Origin: an uncultured delta proteobacterium
Lineage (GTDB): Bacteria; Desulfobacterota; Binatia; Binatales; Binataceae
NCBI GenBank assembly: GCA_963808235.1
Contig: CAWEEQ010000004.1
Location: 1,632,001 to 1,696,000 of the forward strand
DNA: 64,000 nucleotides
Reading direction: 5' to 3'
This document shows positions 50,479 to 59,598 of this stretch, piece after piece (the stretch's first letter is position 1; the number at the start of each line of letters is the position of its first letter). A model generated the notes under the pieces. The model ran no database searches. It saw only the letters and a program-made list of their open reading frames with translations, and had not been told where the DNA came from. Position numbers and translations under genes: made by a program.

Positions 50479-51717
50479 GTGTCGATCACTCCGCGCTTGA
50501 ATGACCTGCTCGGCAAAGGGGCGATTCCGATTCTGCTTGGGACTGGCGGGGTTGGTAAGACTACGATTGCGGCGGCGCTTGGGCTCGCGGGCGCGTCGGC
50601 CGGGCTCGAAACTGCGGTTATCACCGTCGATCCCACCCGGCGGCTCCGCGATGCGCTCGGTCTGGAGCGCCTCGGCGGCCATCCGATAAGAATCGGAGCG
50701 AAGCAACTCCGGGCGGCCGGTCTCGCGCCGACGCTGAAACTGTCCGCGATGATGCTCGACGTTAAGGGCGCGTGGGACGCCGTGGTCGAGCGCTTTGTCG
50801 CGGACCCGGCAACGCGCCGCCGCATTTTCGATAACCCCTTCTACCAGAGCCTGACCAAGGAGTTTGCCGGATCGGAAGCGTTCGCGGCGCTGCAGCAGCT
50901 TTACGATTTGCATCAGGCGGGCGCATTCGAACTCGAGGTCGTCGACACTCCGCCCGCATCGCATTCGTTTGAATTTCTGCAGGCGCCCGCCCGCATGATC
51001 CGGCTGCTCGATTCGCGCGCCGCGCGATGGCTTTTCACGCCGTCGCTGTCGGCGGGGCGAATCGCGATGAAGCTCGCGAGCAACGCGGCACGCTTCGTGG
51101 TGCGCGAGTTGGAACGCTTCGCGGGCAAGAGTGTGCTTTCGACGATCGCGGATTTCTTCGCGGCGATGGCCGACAGCATGGACTCGGTAGTGGATCGACT
51201 GCACAAGACCGAAGCGCTGTTGCATTCTCCAGCGGTGCGATTCGTGCTGGTGACAACGGCGGAAGCGGATCGGCTTATCCAGGCGCGTGAGCTTATCGAC
51301 GAAATGGAAGCGGAAGGACTGAAGCTCTCCGCAATCGTGATCAACCGGTTCCTCGACGAACGCATCTGGCATTCGATCGCCGATTCGTCGCGAGACCCAT
51401 TGAGCCATCTCGAGGAAATTTCAGAATTGCGAATGGAAGTCGGGTCGCGAGCGAATCGCGACGGCGACAGCCGCACGGGACTTGCGCGGCTGGTCGACTA
51501 CTTCGAGCAGTATCGAGTGCAGACCCTCGACGAAATTAGGCGCGTGGCGGATTTCGCGCGCGGACTGCCCGCCGACGTGAAGCTCGCGATCGCGCCGAAA
51601 ATCGAGGCGGGCGTGCTCGACTTGGGGGCGCTGTCGCGAGTCGCGGGGTACGTCACGTCAGGGGTTGCGATATTGCAGCCGCTGGAAGCGGCGGCAATCT
51701 CGCAGCGCGCGGGTTGA
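50479..51717 (+). CDS. ArsA/Get3-related ATPase (BagB/Rv3680-like subunit)
   Basis: GTGGVGKTT, VITVDPTRRLRDALGL, NPFYQSL, VVDTPP...FLQAP. Confidence 0.85.
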   Translation: MSITPRLNDLLGKGAIPILLGTGGVGKTTIAAALGLAGASAGLETAVITVDPTRRLRDALGLERLGGHPIRIGAKQLRAAGLAPTLKLSAMMLDVKGAWDAVVERFVADPATRRRIFDNPFYQSLTKEFAGSEAFAALQQLYDLHQAGAFELEVVDTPPASHSFEFLQAPARMIRLLDSRAARWLFTPSLSAGRIAMKLASNAARFVVRELERFAGKSVLSTIADFFAAMADSMDSVVDRLHKTEALLHSPAVRFVLVTTAEADRLIQARELIDEMEAEGLKLSAIVINRFLDERIWHSIADSSRDPLSHLEEISELRMEVGSRANRDGDSRTGLARLVDYFEQYRVQTLDEIRRVADFARGLPADVKLAIAPKIEAGVLDLGALSRVAGYVTSGVAILQPLEAAAISQRAG

Positions 51718-51735
51718 GGGGGAGAGGAGCGAGGC

Positions 51736-51970
51736 GGGAGAAAGGATCAGGATGTGAAACCCATAGTGGGTTTCGTTTTTCCACACTGGTTCACTTCAGT
51801 AGGAATCTTAGTCACGCCTGCGCGGCTGGCGGCAGGGGTGACCCCTGCACCCGGTGTCTACACAACGCGAAGCAGCCAGTGGCGGCATTTCGCGGGGGTC
51901 TAGTGTGGGAAAGGGGGAAGCGTCCGAAGGTTTTCGCACTTCCCGTTGTGGGAGAAAAAGATCAGGATGC
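51736..51970. repeat. MITE-like palindromic element between imperfect direct repeats
   Basis: GGGAGAAAGGATCAGGATG (~51736) and GGGAGAAAAAGATCAGGATG (~51950) flank TGAAACCCA..TGGGTTTC, TTTCCACACTGG...CTAGTGTGGGAA and GGCAGGGGTGACCCCTGCACCC. Confidence 0.55.
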
Positions 51971-52046
51971 GGCGCTGCGCGCCTGTTAGAAGGTTTGAAC
52001 GGGGAGAGAAGGCGATGTCATTAGATTTGGTGCGGGGTGCTGGATA

Positions 52047-52080
52047 CCTAACCCCTAACCCCTTCCCTCGAGGGAAGGGG
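52047..52080 (+). repeat. REP-like hairpin
   Basis: CCTAACCCCTAA-CCCCTTCCCT-cg-AGGGAAGGGG. Confidence 0.7.
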
Positions 52081-52174
52081 AACCGGATTCATGTTTGCTT
52101 ATTTTGATACTGTGAGAGCTGTGGAACCTTTCAAGAGTTTCACAGCTTCTGCTGCCGTCATAGGTGCGTTTGCT

Positions 52175-52354
52175 TGATTGTGTACTTGTTGATTGGCGTG
52201 CGACCTCTCCCTAACCCGCTCCTTGAACAAGAGAGCTTGGCGTAACCTCCGGCTGTGAGCGGAATTTGGATGCGGACCCTCACCCGCCGCTCGTCTTTCA
52301 CCAAGTCGCTACGCGAAGAGCGTCGGCCTCTCCCTGTCAGGGCGAGGCTATTAG
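52175..52354 (+). repeat. ~180-bp imperfect direct repeat, copy 1 (contains a REP-like element)
   Basis: Blocks GTACTTGTTGATTGGCGTG, GCGTAACCTC, GCGGAATTTGGA, TGCGGACCCTCACCCGC, GGCCTCTCCCTGTCAG and GAGGCTATTAG are shared with 52895-53080. Confidence 0.85.
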
Positions 52355-52510
52355 GAGCGCTGCGTCGGTGTTTAGTTATGCAAAGCCTTTTTGGATCAAG
52401 GAGGTGCGACTGGCACGCGGGGATAAGAAGGAAAAGGATAGAGGGATAGATGGGGCGCTGCGGCTTGGTGGTGCCGCAGCGCCTGCTATAGGTCGTCTGC
52501 TACACAGTGC

Positions 52511-52800
52511 CTATTCGGTGATGGTTCCTTTCCAGGTGCGCGCGGCCAAGTCTATCTCGCCGACGTTGGCGATTCGGCGGCCGTCGGAGAGCTCCCAAGT
52601 GTTCGCCGTTGCCCATCGCGCCTTGCCCTTGGTCTCGTAGGTTCCTTGACCAACGCCGCTGATAGCATCGCCGTTCTCGAGGAACGCCTGCCCGACCACG
52701 CTGAAAGTTCCGTCCTTGTTGCCGCCGATGAAGCTGGCGGTTTCATAGACGTTTCCAAATCCGGTCGCGGTGCCTTCGAAATTGACCTGGTTGATCTTTT
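52511..52800 (-). pseudogene. 5'-truncated hypothetical gene remnant
   Basis: Protein-like frame KINQVNFEGTATGFGNVYETASFIGGNKDGTFSVVGQAFLENGD...; in-frame TAA just upstream and no ATG start. Confidence 0.55.
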
Positions 52801-52894
52801 TACGGGACGTGCAGGCCGCTTACGTCGTGGTGGCGTCGCGCGTTAGGCAGTGCGGGCGCTGCTTTGCGGAATGCGTGTTCGTGCTGCGATCACC

Positions 52895-53080
52895 TGATTG
52901 CGTACTTGTTGATTGGCGTGAAATTCTTCAGCAGAGCTCAGGGCGGGCTCTCTCCCTCATCCTCTTGCTGGAAAGAGAGCTTTGCGTAACCTCGGGCTGC
53001 GCGCGGAATTTGGAATGCGGACCCTCACCCGCGTCGAGAAGACTCGACGCGGCCTCTCCCTGTCAGAGAGAGGCTATTAG
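52895..53080 (+). repeat. ~185-bp imperfect direct repeat, copy 2
   Basis: See 52175-52354. Confidence 0.85.
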
Positions 53081-53106
53081 AGGCCTTGTGTCGCGCATTG
53101 CGCTCG

Positions 53107-53201
53107 ATGCGGGCGCCCGCACCCGTCCGACGACGTGAACGTCGTCGGCCGGCCTCTCCCGGTTCGCGGATGGCGACTTGAGTCGCCATCCGCGGGAGAG
53201 G
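53107..53201 (+). repeat. REP-like double hairpin, near-duplicate of 54858-54951
   Basis: ATGCGGGCGCCCGCACCCGT-CCGACGACG tgaa CGTCGTCGG-CCGGCCTCTCCCGGTTCGC...GCGGGAGAGG. Confidence 0.85.
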
Positions 53202-53297
53202 TAAGAAAGCGCGCCGGCGCAAATCGATCATCAAATATGTGCTCGCCTATGGAAGAAGCACTCTAGACGCTTGCGACCTGCACGTTCACTTAAAAGA

Positions 53298-53638
53298 CCG
53301 GAGTGAGTCTGTAAGCCGGGTTCTGTGCTCTTGCGAGTGGCGATCATTCCTCTAGGCCGTCGATTGCTCGATGGCTCATGCGACCATACCCGAGGCCTTA
53401 AGAGCGGGCCGCTCAGCCTCCTATTTGGTCTTGCTCCGGGTGGGGTTTGGCATGCGCGCGCGATCACTCGCGCGCCGGTGGGCTCTTACCCCACCATTTC
53501 ACCCTTACCCTTTCGGGCGGTCTATTTTCTGTGCCACTTTCCGCGGATCGCTCCGCGCCGCCGTTAACGGCCACCCTGCCCTATGGAGCCCGGACTTTCC
53601 TCCTCCCTTATGGGAGGCGATCGCCCGACTCACTCCGG
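53298..53638 (-). ncRNA. rnpB: RNase P RNA (type A, compact)
   Basis: GAGGAAAGTCCGGGCTCC, ACAGAAAATAGACCGCC, GGTAAGAGCCCACC, AAACCCCACCCGGAGCAAG, ACAGAACCCGGCTTA; terminal P1 CCGGAGTGAGTC/GACTCACTCCGG. Confidence 0.97.
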
Positions 53639-53701
53639 CGGACGGAATTCTAGCATCTTTGACGATGAGGCCTCACCTCTCCCAAGCCAGTAGCGTCTCG
53701 T

Positions 53702-53794
53702 GTCATTCTGAGCGCAGCGAAGAAACCCGGCTTCCGTGGTTTACGTCAGCACTGTTCCGGGTTCCTTCACTCCGCAGACTCCGTTCAGGATGAC
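53702..53794. repeat. GTCATTCTGAGCGCAGCGAAGAA-type palindromic repeat
   Basis: GTCATTCTGAGCG...CGTTCAGGATGAC terminal inverted arms. Confidence 0.75.
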
Positions 53795-53847
53795 TCGAAA
53801 AAGTTGGAACGCAGGCGAAGCCTGCTGACCAAAATGTGGAGGGAGAT

Positions 53848-54852
53848 ATGAAAGCGATTCGGGTCGAACAAGCCAAAGGGCCTTTTAAACTTGTCGACGA
53901 GAAAATGCCTGAGCCTGCGCGCGGGCAAGCGCGGATTAAAGTGCAGGCGTGCGGGATTTGTCACAGCGACTCGTTTACGAAAGAAGGAGCGTGGCCGAAC
54001 ATCAGCTACCCGCGCTCGCCGGGACATGAGATTGCCGGGGTGATCGATGCGCTCGGCGAAGATGCGGGCGACTGGAAAGTGGGAGATCGCGTCGGGGTCG
54101 GATGGCATGGCGGGCATTGCACGAAATGCGATTCGTGCCGCAAGGGCGATTTTGTGAATTGTCGCTATTTGAAGATCCCCGGGATCAGTTACGATGGCGG
54201 GTATGCGCAGTACGTGATTGCCCCGATCGAGGCGCTCGCGCATATCCCCGATTCCTTGCGCCCCGAGGAAGCCGCGCCGCTGATGTGCGCGGGGATCACC
54301 ACCTTCAACGCGCTCCGGCACAGCGGCGCTGGGCCGGGCGACCTGGTGGCAATCCAGGGTATCGGCGGGCTCGGGCATTTGGGAATCCAGTGGGCGGCCA
54401 AGTTTGGTTACGACGTAATCGCAATCGGCCGCGGCGAGGACAAGCAGTCGCTCGCGCAGAAGCTGGGCGCCCGCCGCTATATCGATGCATCCAGTCAGAA
54501 TGTCGCGACCGAGCTGACCAAGGAAGGCGGGGCCAGCGCGATTATCGCCACCGCGCCCGACGGGAAGGCGATGGGCGCGCTGATCGAGGGCCTCGGCGTG
54601 CGCGGCAGATTGGTGGTCGTAGGGGCCAGCGCTGAGCCGTTCGCAGTCTCCTCGTTCCAGCTTATCGGAGCACAACGGTCGATCGTCGGATGGCCGTCGG
54701 GAACCTCGAGGGATTCTGAGGATACGCTCAAATTCGCAGCCGCGACGGGAGTCCGCGCGATGATCGAGACTTTTCCGCTGGAACAGGCGAGCGCCGCGTA
54801 CGAGCGCATGATGTCGGGCAAGGTGCGTTTTCGCGCGGTGCTGACGTATTGA
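53848..54852 (+). CDS. Zinc-dependent alcohol dehydrogenase
   Basis: CGICHSD, PGHE, CTKCDSCRKGDFVNC, CAGITTFNAL, GIGGLG. Confidence 0.95.
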   Translation: MKAIRVEQAKGPFKLVDEKMPEPARGQARIKVQACGICHSDSFTKEGAWPNISYPRSPGHEIAGVIDALGEDAGDWKVGDRVGVGWHGGHCTKCDSCRKGDFVNCRYLKIPGISYDGGYAQYVIAPIEALAHIPDSLRPEEAAPLMCAGITTFNALRHSGAGPGDLVAIQGIGGLGHLGIQWAAKFGYDVIAIGRGEDKQSLAQKLGARRYIDASSQNVATELTKEGGASAIIATAPDGKAMGALIEGLGVRGRLVVVGASAEPFAVSSFQLIGAQRSIVGWPSGTSRDSEDTLKFAAATGVRAMIETFPLEQASAAYERMMSGKVRFRAVLTY

Positions 54853-54857
54853 GCTGA

Positions 54858-54951
54858 ATGCGGGCGCCCTCACCCGTTCGACGACATGAATGTCGTCGAA
54901 CGGCCTCTCCCGGTTCGCCGATGGCGACATCGTCGCCAGCGGCGGGAGAGG
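54858..54951 (+). repeat. REP-like double hairpin between convergent genes
   Basis: ATGCGGGCGCCCTCACCCG-TTCGACGACA tgaa TGTCGTCGAA-CGGCCTCTCCCGGTTCGC...GCGGGAGAGG. Confidence 0.85.
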
Positions 54952-54955
54952 CTAA

Positions 54956-55681
54956 TCACGAAGGCGGTTTTTCGGGCTGCGCCTCGTAGTACAGGATTCG
55001 CTGGCAGTTCGGGCAGAAGTGAATCTGCAGATGCTTCTGGATCTCGTTGTAGAGCTGTGGCGGCAGGCGCATCCGGCATCCCTGGCAGGTGCCGCCTTTG
55101 GCCATCGTGACCGCAACTCCGCCGCGCCGGCTGAAGATCATCTGGTAGCGGGCAAGCAAGCTCGGCTCGATATTCTCGGCGACCTTCTCGCGCGCCTTGC
55201 GATGCTTGGCGATTTCGGACTTGTAGTCTTCGACTTGCGCGGCGATTTCTTTTTCCGCCGCCAGCAACTCGACGCGGCCCTTGGCGATCGCTTCGGTGAG
55301 CTCCTTGATCCGCGCGGTGCGAACGTCGGCGCCCTCCATCGAGGTAAGAATCTCGGATTCGAGGCGCTGATTGGTTTCCTTGAGCGAATCGACCTCGTGG
55401 GTCAGGGCCTGCAGTTCCTTGTCGTTGCGCACCAGCGTCAGGCGCATCCGCTTGTTGCGGATTCTGACTTCGCCTTCGGCGAGCTCGCGCTCTGCTTTCT
55501 TGCGGGCGGTGATGATTGTTTTGTCTTGTTCGGCGAGGCGATCGAGCTCAGCTTGATTCTTATGGGTCTCGTCGCGAATCTCCTCGACCCGCCCCGCAAT
55601 TGACGTCAGCGCCAGCTCCAGCTCCTGCAACTGCCGGTCGATGACCTGAAGGTCCATCAGCCGGGTTATCTCTTCACGCAA
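54956..55681 (-). CDS. Coiled-coil C4 zinc-ribbon protein (zf-RING_7/DUF164)
   Basis: LQVID, long coiled coil, CQGCRM...CPNCQRILY. Confidence 0.92.
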   Translation of the reverse strand: MREEITRLMDLQVIDRQLQELELALTSIAGRVEEIRDETHKNQAELDRLAEQDKTIITARKKAERELAEGEVRIRNKRMRLTLVRNDKELQALTHEVDSLKETNQRLESEILTSMEGADVRTARIKELTEAIAKGRVELLAAEKEIAAQVEDYKSEIAKHRKAREKVAENIEPSLLARYQMIFSRRGGVAVTMAKGGTCQGCRMRLPPQLYNEIQKHLQIHFCPNCQRILYYEAQPEKPPS

Positions 55682-55783
55682 TTGTTACTCCGCTAAGTTG
55701 GGCGCATCGCGCAGAATGTTTCATCGCCATACTTACGCGATCCGCGTTACAGCGCATCGTTGTCGACATCGTTATCAATGATA

Positions 55784-55859
55784 TGGGCCCACCAGGATTT
55801 GAACCTGGGACCAGCCGGTTATGAGCCGGCAGCTCTGAACCTGGCTGAGCTATGGGCCC
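55784..55859 (-). tRNA. tRNA with CAT anticodon, probably tRNA-Ile2; CCA not encoded
   Basis: GGGCCCATAGCTCAGCCAGGTTCAGAGCTGCCGGCTCATAACCGGCTGGTCCCAGGTTCAAATCCTGGTGGGCCCA; paired 1-72 and no 3 G-C anticodon-stem run, so not an initiator. Confidence 0.9.
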
Positions 55860-55971
55860 CGTGAAATGCATCAGGCTTTCATGATGGTAGCAATTTCGTG
55901 GCGCGGACTTAAGGGGTTCAACGCACGACTCGCGTTCAAGTTATGTCCGCTGGTCATTTCACAGCCACCGG

Positions 55972-57807
55972 TCATTGCGGCACATCGCGTCCTTCGCGAC
56001 GAAGCGCGATCACCGCCTGCGCCGCCGCCTCCGCTTCGCCCGGCTCGGACGCGCGCGCGCCGATTTCGGACGCGTTCTTTCTTAAGCTCTCGAGTTCGCG
56101 CGAGCGCCGGCGCCGCTCGAGCGCGGCCGCGTAGTCGCTCGCGAGCCGGCGCCCTTTTTCCAGATCGTTCGGATCGCTTTGCGGATCTTTCTGGGTGTCT
56201 CGCTCCAGGCTGTCGCTTAAGGGGCCGACCGCAATCTCGCTGACCCGGCTCAGCTCTTCGGGGGTCAATCGCTCGGAGAGCCACTCTTCGAGCGCACTGT
56301 ACTCCTCGTCGGTCTTGCACAAATCGGCCAGCAGTCCGGCAAGCCGAAGATCCTCAAAGTTAGCGCTCGCGTCGAGCGCGGCTATTTCGGCGCGCAACTC
56401 GGGGCGCAGAATCGCGAGCGCGACCAGCCCGATCTCAGCCTTCGACCCGGCGTTGCCGGCCGCCGCGACGGGCCGATTCTCCGGCGCACGCGGCCGGCGG
56501 GCCGATTGCGAACGCGAATCGGCTCCGCGCGCTTCTTTGCGCAGAACCTCCTCGCCGATTCCGAGCAGGTCGGCCGCCTTGCGCGCGAGGAGGTCGAACT
56601 GGAAGGGATCGCCGACCAGTTTGAGCATCGCGGCGACGCGCGCCGCCGCTCGTGCGCGCTCGGCGATCGAGCCGCGCGCCTCGGTTGCCTGCTCGCTCAG
56701 AAAATAATCGACCAGCAATTCGGCGTTCTCGGCGAGCTCCGCAAATGCCGCCGCGCCGCGCTCGCGGACAAATGTGTCGGGATCGAAACCGGGAGGAATG
56801 AAGATTCCGTGGCCGAGCAATCCCGCCTGGAGAAAAATTTCCAGCGCGCGCATCGAGGCCTTGCGGCCGGCGGAGTCGCCGTCAAAGCAGGCGATGACAT
56901 TTTTCGTGTAGCGGCTGAGCAGGCGGAGCTGCTCGACGGTGAGCGCGGTGCCGCATCCGGCGACCGCCTCCTTGAACCCGGCTTGCCAGAGCGCGATCAC
57001 GTCGAAGTAACCCTCGACCAGAATCCCGCGGTCCTTTCCAGACGACGCCTGAGAGGAAATCGCCTGGCGCGCTTCGCAGAGTCCGTAAAGCGTGCGGGTT
57101 TTCGAGTAGAGTGGCGATTCCGGAGAGTTGATGTACTTGGGCAGGCGCGCGTCGAGCACGCGGCCGCCGAACGCGATCACCCGTGCCTGCGGGTCGCGAA
57201 TCGGGAACATCACGCGCGCGCGAAACATGTCGTATGCGTCGGCGCCGTCGGTTTTGATCAGGCCGACTTTCACGCCCGCGTCCCGAAGTCCGCGCCGCTC
57301 GAGCGCCTTGGCCAGCGAGGACGGCCGGCTAGGCGCGAATCCGACCAGGAATGCGCGCGCGGTGTCGAGGCTTATCCCGCGCGATTTCAGATAGTCGCGC
57401 GCGAGTGCTCCGTCGGTGGTATTCCACAGCACGTGCGCAAAGAACTCGGCGGCGACGGCGTTCGCATTGAGCATCGCTTCGCGCTCGCCGGCCGCCGGTC
57501 CCGATTCATCGCGCTCGGGAATCGTGACGCCGTACTTGCGCGCGAGCGATCGCACAGCTTCGGGAAAAGTCAGGCCCTCGACGCGCATCAGGAAATTGAA
57601 AACGCTGCCGCCGGTGTTGCATCCGAAGCAATGAAAGAAGCCGCGCTCCGCGTTGACGGAAAACGACGGCGTCTTTTCGTTGTGAAACGGGCATAGGCCG
57701 ACGAAGTTGCGGCCGGCGCGGCGCAGGCGCACGTGCGCGCCGACGATCTCGACGATATCGGCGCGGGCGCGGACTTCCTCGATCTTGTCGTCGCCGAAAC
57801 GTCCCAT
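55972..57807 (-). CDS. dnaG: DNA primase
   Basis: CPFHNEKTPSF...CFGC, FGGR, KYINSPES, VEGYFDV, FDGDSAG. Confidence 0.97.
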   Translation of the reverse strand: MGRFGDDKIEEVRARADIVEIVGAHVRLRRAGRNFVGLCPFHNEKTPSFSVNAERGFFHCFGCNTGGSVFNFLMRVEGLTFPEAVRSLARKYGVTIPERDESGPAAGEREAMLNANAVAAEFFAHVLWNTTDGALARDYLKSRGISLDTARAFLVGFAPSRPSSLAKALERRGLRDAGVKVGLIKTDGADAYDMFRARVMFPIRDPQARVIAFGGRVLDARLPKYINSPESPLYSKTRTLYGLCEARQAISSQASSGKDRGILVEGYFDVIALWQAGFKEAVAGCGTALTVEQLRLLSRYTKNVIACFDGDSAGRKASMRALEIFLQAGLLGHGIFIPPGFDPDTFVRERGAAAFAELAENAELLVDYFLSEQATEARGSIAERARAAARVAAMLKLVGDPFQFDLLARKAADLLGIGEEVLRKEARGADSRSQSARRPRAPENRPVAAAGNAGSKAEIGLVALAILRPELRAEIAALDASANFEDLRLAGLLADLCKTDEEYSALEEWLSERLTPEELSRVSEIAVGPLSDSLERDTQKDPQSDPNDLEKGRRLASDYAAALERRRRSRELESLRKNASEIGARASEPGEAEAAAQAVIALRREGRDVPQ

Positions 57808-58511
57808 CAGCCGCCCAGCACCGTGCGCAAACGTTCAGGATAGTTGGTCATGATACCGTCAACGCCGCATTCCATCAGCGCGCGCATCCGCGCGTCCGCA
57901 TCGACGGTCCAGGTATAGACCTGGAGATTCTTTTCGTGCGCCGCCTTGCAAAGATCGGCAGTCACCATGTCCCATCGAGGGTTGATCGCATAAGCGCGCA
58001 TCGCAACCGCGTTAATCATCAGGTCAACCGGCTTCTCGTCGGCGAGCAATGCGATGCGGATATTGAAATGGAGCTGCTGAATTTTTTTCAGATATTCCCA
58101 ATCGAAGCTCGACACGATGCTGTCGGCGAAAGCCTCACGCGACTGCATGATCTGAGCGACTTGATGCTCGAGACCGCCGGCCTTGAGCTCGATATTCAGG
58201 CCGCATCGGCCCGCCGTAACGTCAAAGACCTCGTCCAGGGTGGGGATTCGCTCGCCCTTCACCGCGCCGCCCTTGAACTTCGCGCCCGCGTCGAGGCGCT
58301 GCAATTCCGCGAGCGTCAGTTCGGCGACTTCGCCCTTGCCGTCGGTCGTGCGCTCGACGGTTTCGTCATGAATCACGACCACAGCGCCGTCGCGCGTGAG
58401 CTGAACGTCGAGCTCGCACATGTCCGCCTTCGCGTCGATAGCGGCGCGAAATGCGCTGAGGGTGTTTTCGGGAAAAGTACCGCTCGCCCCGCGATGGGCC
58501 ATGTTAAGCAC
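57807..58511 (-). CDS. Glycerophosphodiester phosphodiesterase
   Basis: AHRGAS, ENTL, ELDVQLTRDG, HD, NIELK, TWTVD. Confidence 0.93.
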   Translation of the reverse strand: MLNMAHRGASGTFPENTLSAFRAAIDAKADMCELDVQLTRDGAVVVIHDETVERTTDGKGEVAELTLAELQRLDAGAKFKGGAVKGERIPTLDEVFDVTAGRCGLNIELKAGGLEHQVAQIMQSREAFADSIVSSFDWEYLKKIQQLHFNIRIALLADEKPVDLMINAVAMRAYAINPRWDMVTADLCKAAHEKNLQVYTWTVDADARMRALMECGVDGIMTNYPERLRTVLGG

Positions 58512-58674
58512 AGCCCGCCTCCACCACTTGGAAAAATTGAGAACTAATAATGTTGCAAGTGTACGCGACCGATCCGCGCGAGCGCAAACCGCACTGTCCG
58601 TGATGTCAACAGGAGCGGCGCGTGGCGGGCCTCGAATGAAATCGGCGCGGATGCCATAAGTCAGAGCGGAAAAT

Positions 58675-59598
58675 ATGGCACGATCGCGCGCATCCAGGCC
58701 TGCCTATACGAGGGCGACGTTTCACACGCCGGCGCATCTCGCGGATGAGGCCGCGGGAATCCTCGTTGCGGGTGGCGCGATCGGATGTGCGGTGGCGGGG
58801 ATGAAATTGCCGCATGCTCGCGAGCAGAAATTCGTCGCGCTCGAAGCTTATTTCAAGCAGATTTCCGCGGCGCAACTCGAGCATCTGCGTCATGTGATGC
58901 ACGATGCGGGGATGCTCGCGGATGGTGCGCAGGATGCCGCGCGCGACGGCGCTCGCAACGGCAGCATCCGGAGAATCATCGATCCGGGATGGTCCACGTT
59001 GTGGATGAAGCGGTTCGGGCCGTTTCGAGTTGGCGCGAGCTTCCTGATCGTGCCGCCATGGCGTCGCGAGAATGAGCGGGGGCGCACGACTATTGTCATC
59101 CAGCCGGCGCAGGCGTTCGGCACCGGGCATCATCCGACAACGGCGGGAGCGTTGCGCGCTCTCGAGACGCTGATGCGCAAGCATCGGACCCATCGGATGC
59201 TCGATGCCGGCACGGGGTCTGGAGTGCTCGCGATTGCGGCAGCGCGGAGTGGCGCGCGCGATATCATGGCTGTAGATATCGATCCGATCGCGCTGGAAAA
59301 CGCCCTCGCGAATGCGCACTTGAATGGAGTCGATCGAGCGATCCGGTTTTCGGCGGTGCCGCTCGCTTCCATCCGGCGCCGCTTCGATCTGATCACCGCG
59401 AATATTTTGAGCCACACGCTGAAGGAACTCGCGCCGCATCTGAGGCGAATCCTCGCGCCGGGCGGACGATTGATCCTGGGCGGATTCCTTGCCGACGAAG
59501 CCGACGAAGTGCTGCACTACTATCGGCCGCCATTGCGATGCGTCAGCCGCAGAACACATCGCGGATGGACCACGGTTGTGCTTGCGCGGGCGTCATGA
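58675..59598 (+). CDS. prmA: Ribosomal protein L11 methyltransferase
   Basis: IVPPW, AFGTGHHPTT, DAGTGSGVLAI, DIDP, ANIL. Confidence 0.9.
   Translation: MARSRASRPAYTRATFHTPAHLADEAAGILVAGGAIGCAVAGMKLPHAREQKFVALEAYFKQISAAQLEHLRHVMHDAGMLADGAQDAARDGARNGSIRRIIDPGWSTLWMKRFGPFRVGASFLIVPPWRRENERGRTTIVIQPAQAFGTGHHPTTAGALRALETLMRKHRTHRMLDAGTGSGVLAIAAARSGARDIMAVDIDPIALENALANAHLNGVDRAIRFSAVPLASIRRRFDLITANILSHTLKELAPHLRRILAPGGRLILGGFLADEADEVLHYYRPPLRCVSRRTHRGWTTVVLARAS

Noticed and set aside
50392-51408. Apparent 525-aa fusion ORF on the - strand (likewise the long N-terminal extensions of pgm, SnoaL and GNAT ORFs)
   Set aside because: Extensions overlap real genes on the opposite strand; true starts are internal
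51717-53300. CRISPR array in the repeat-rich gap
   Set aside because: Repeats are long, irregularly spaced and palindromic; no constant repeat-spacer period and no cas genes
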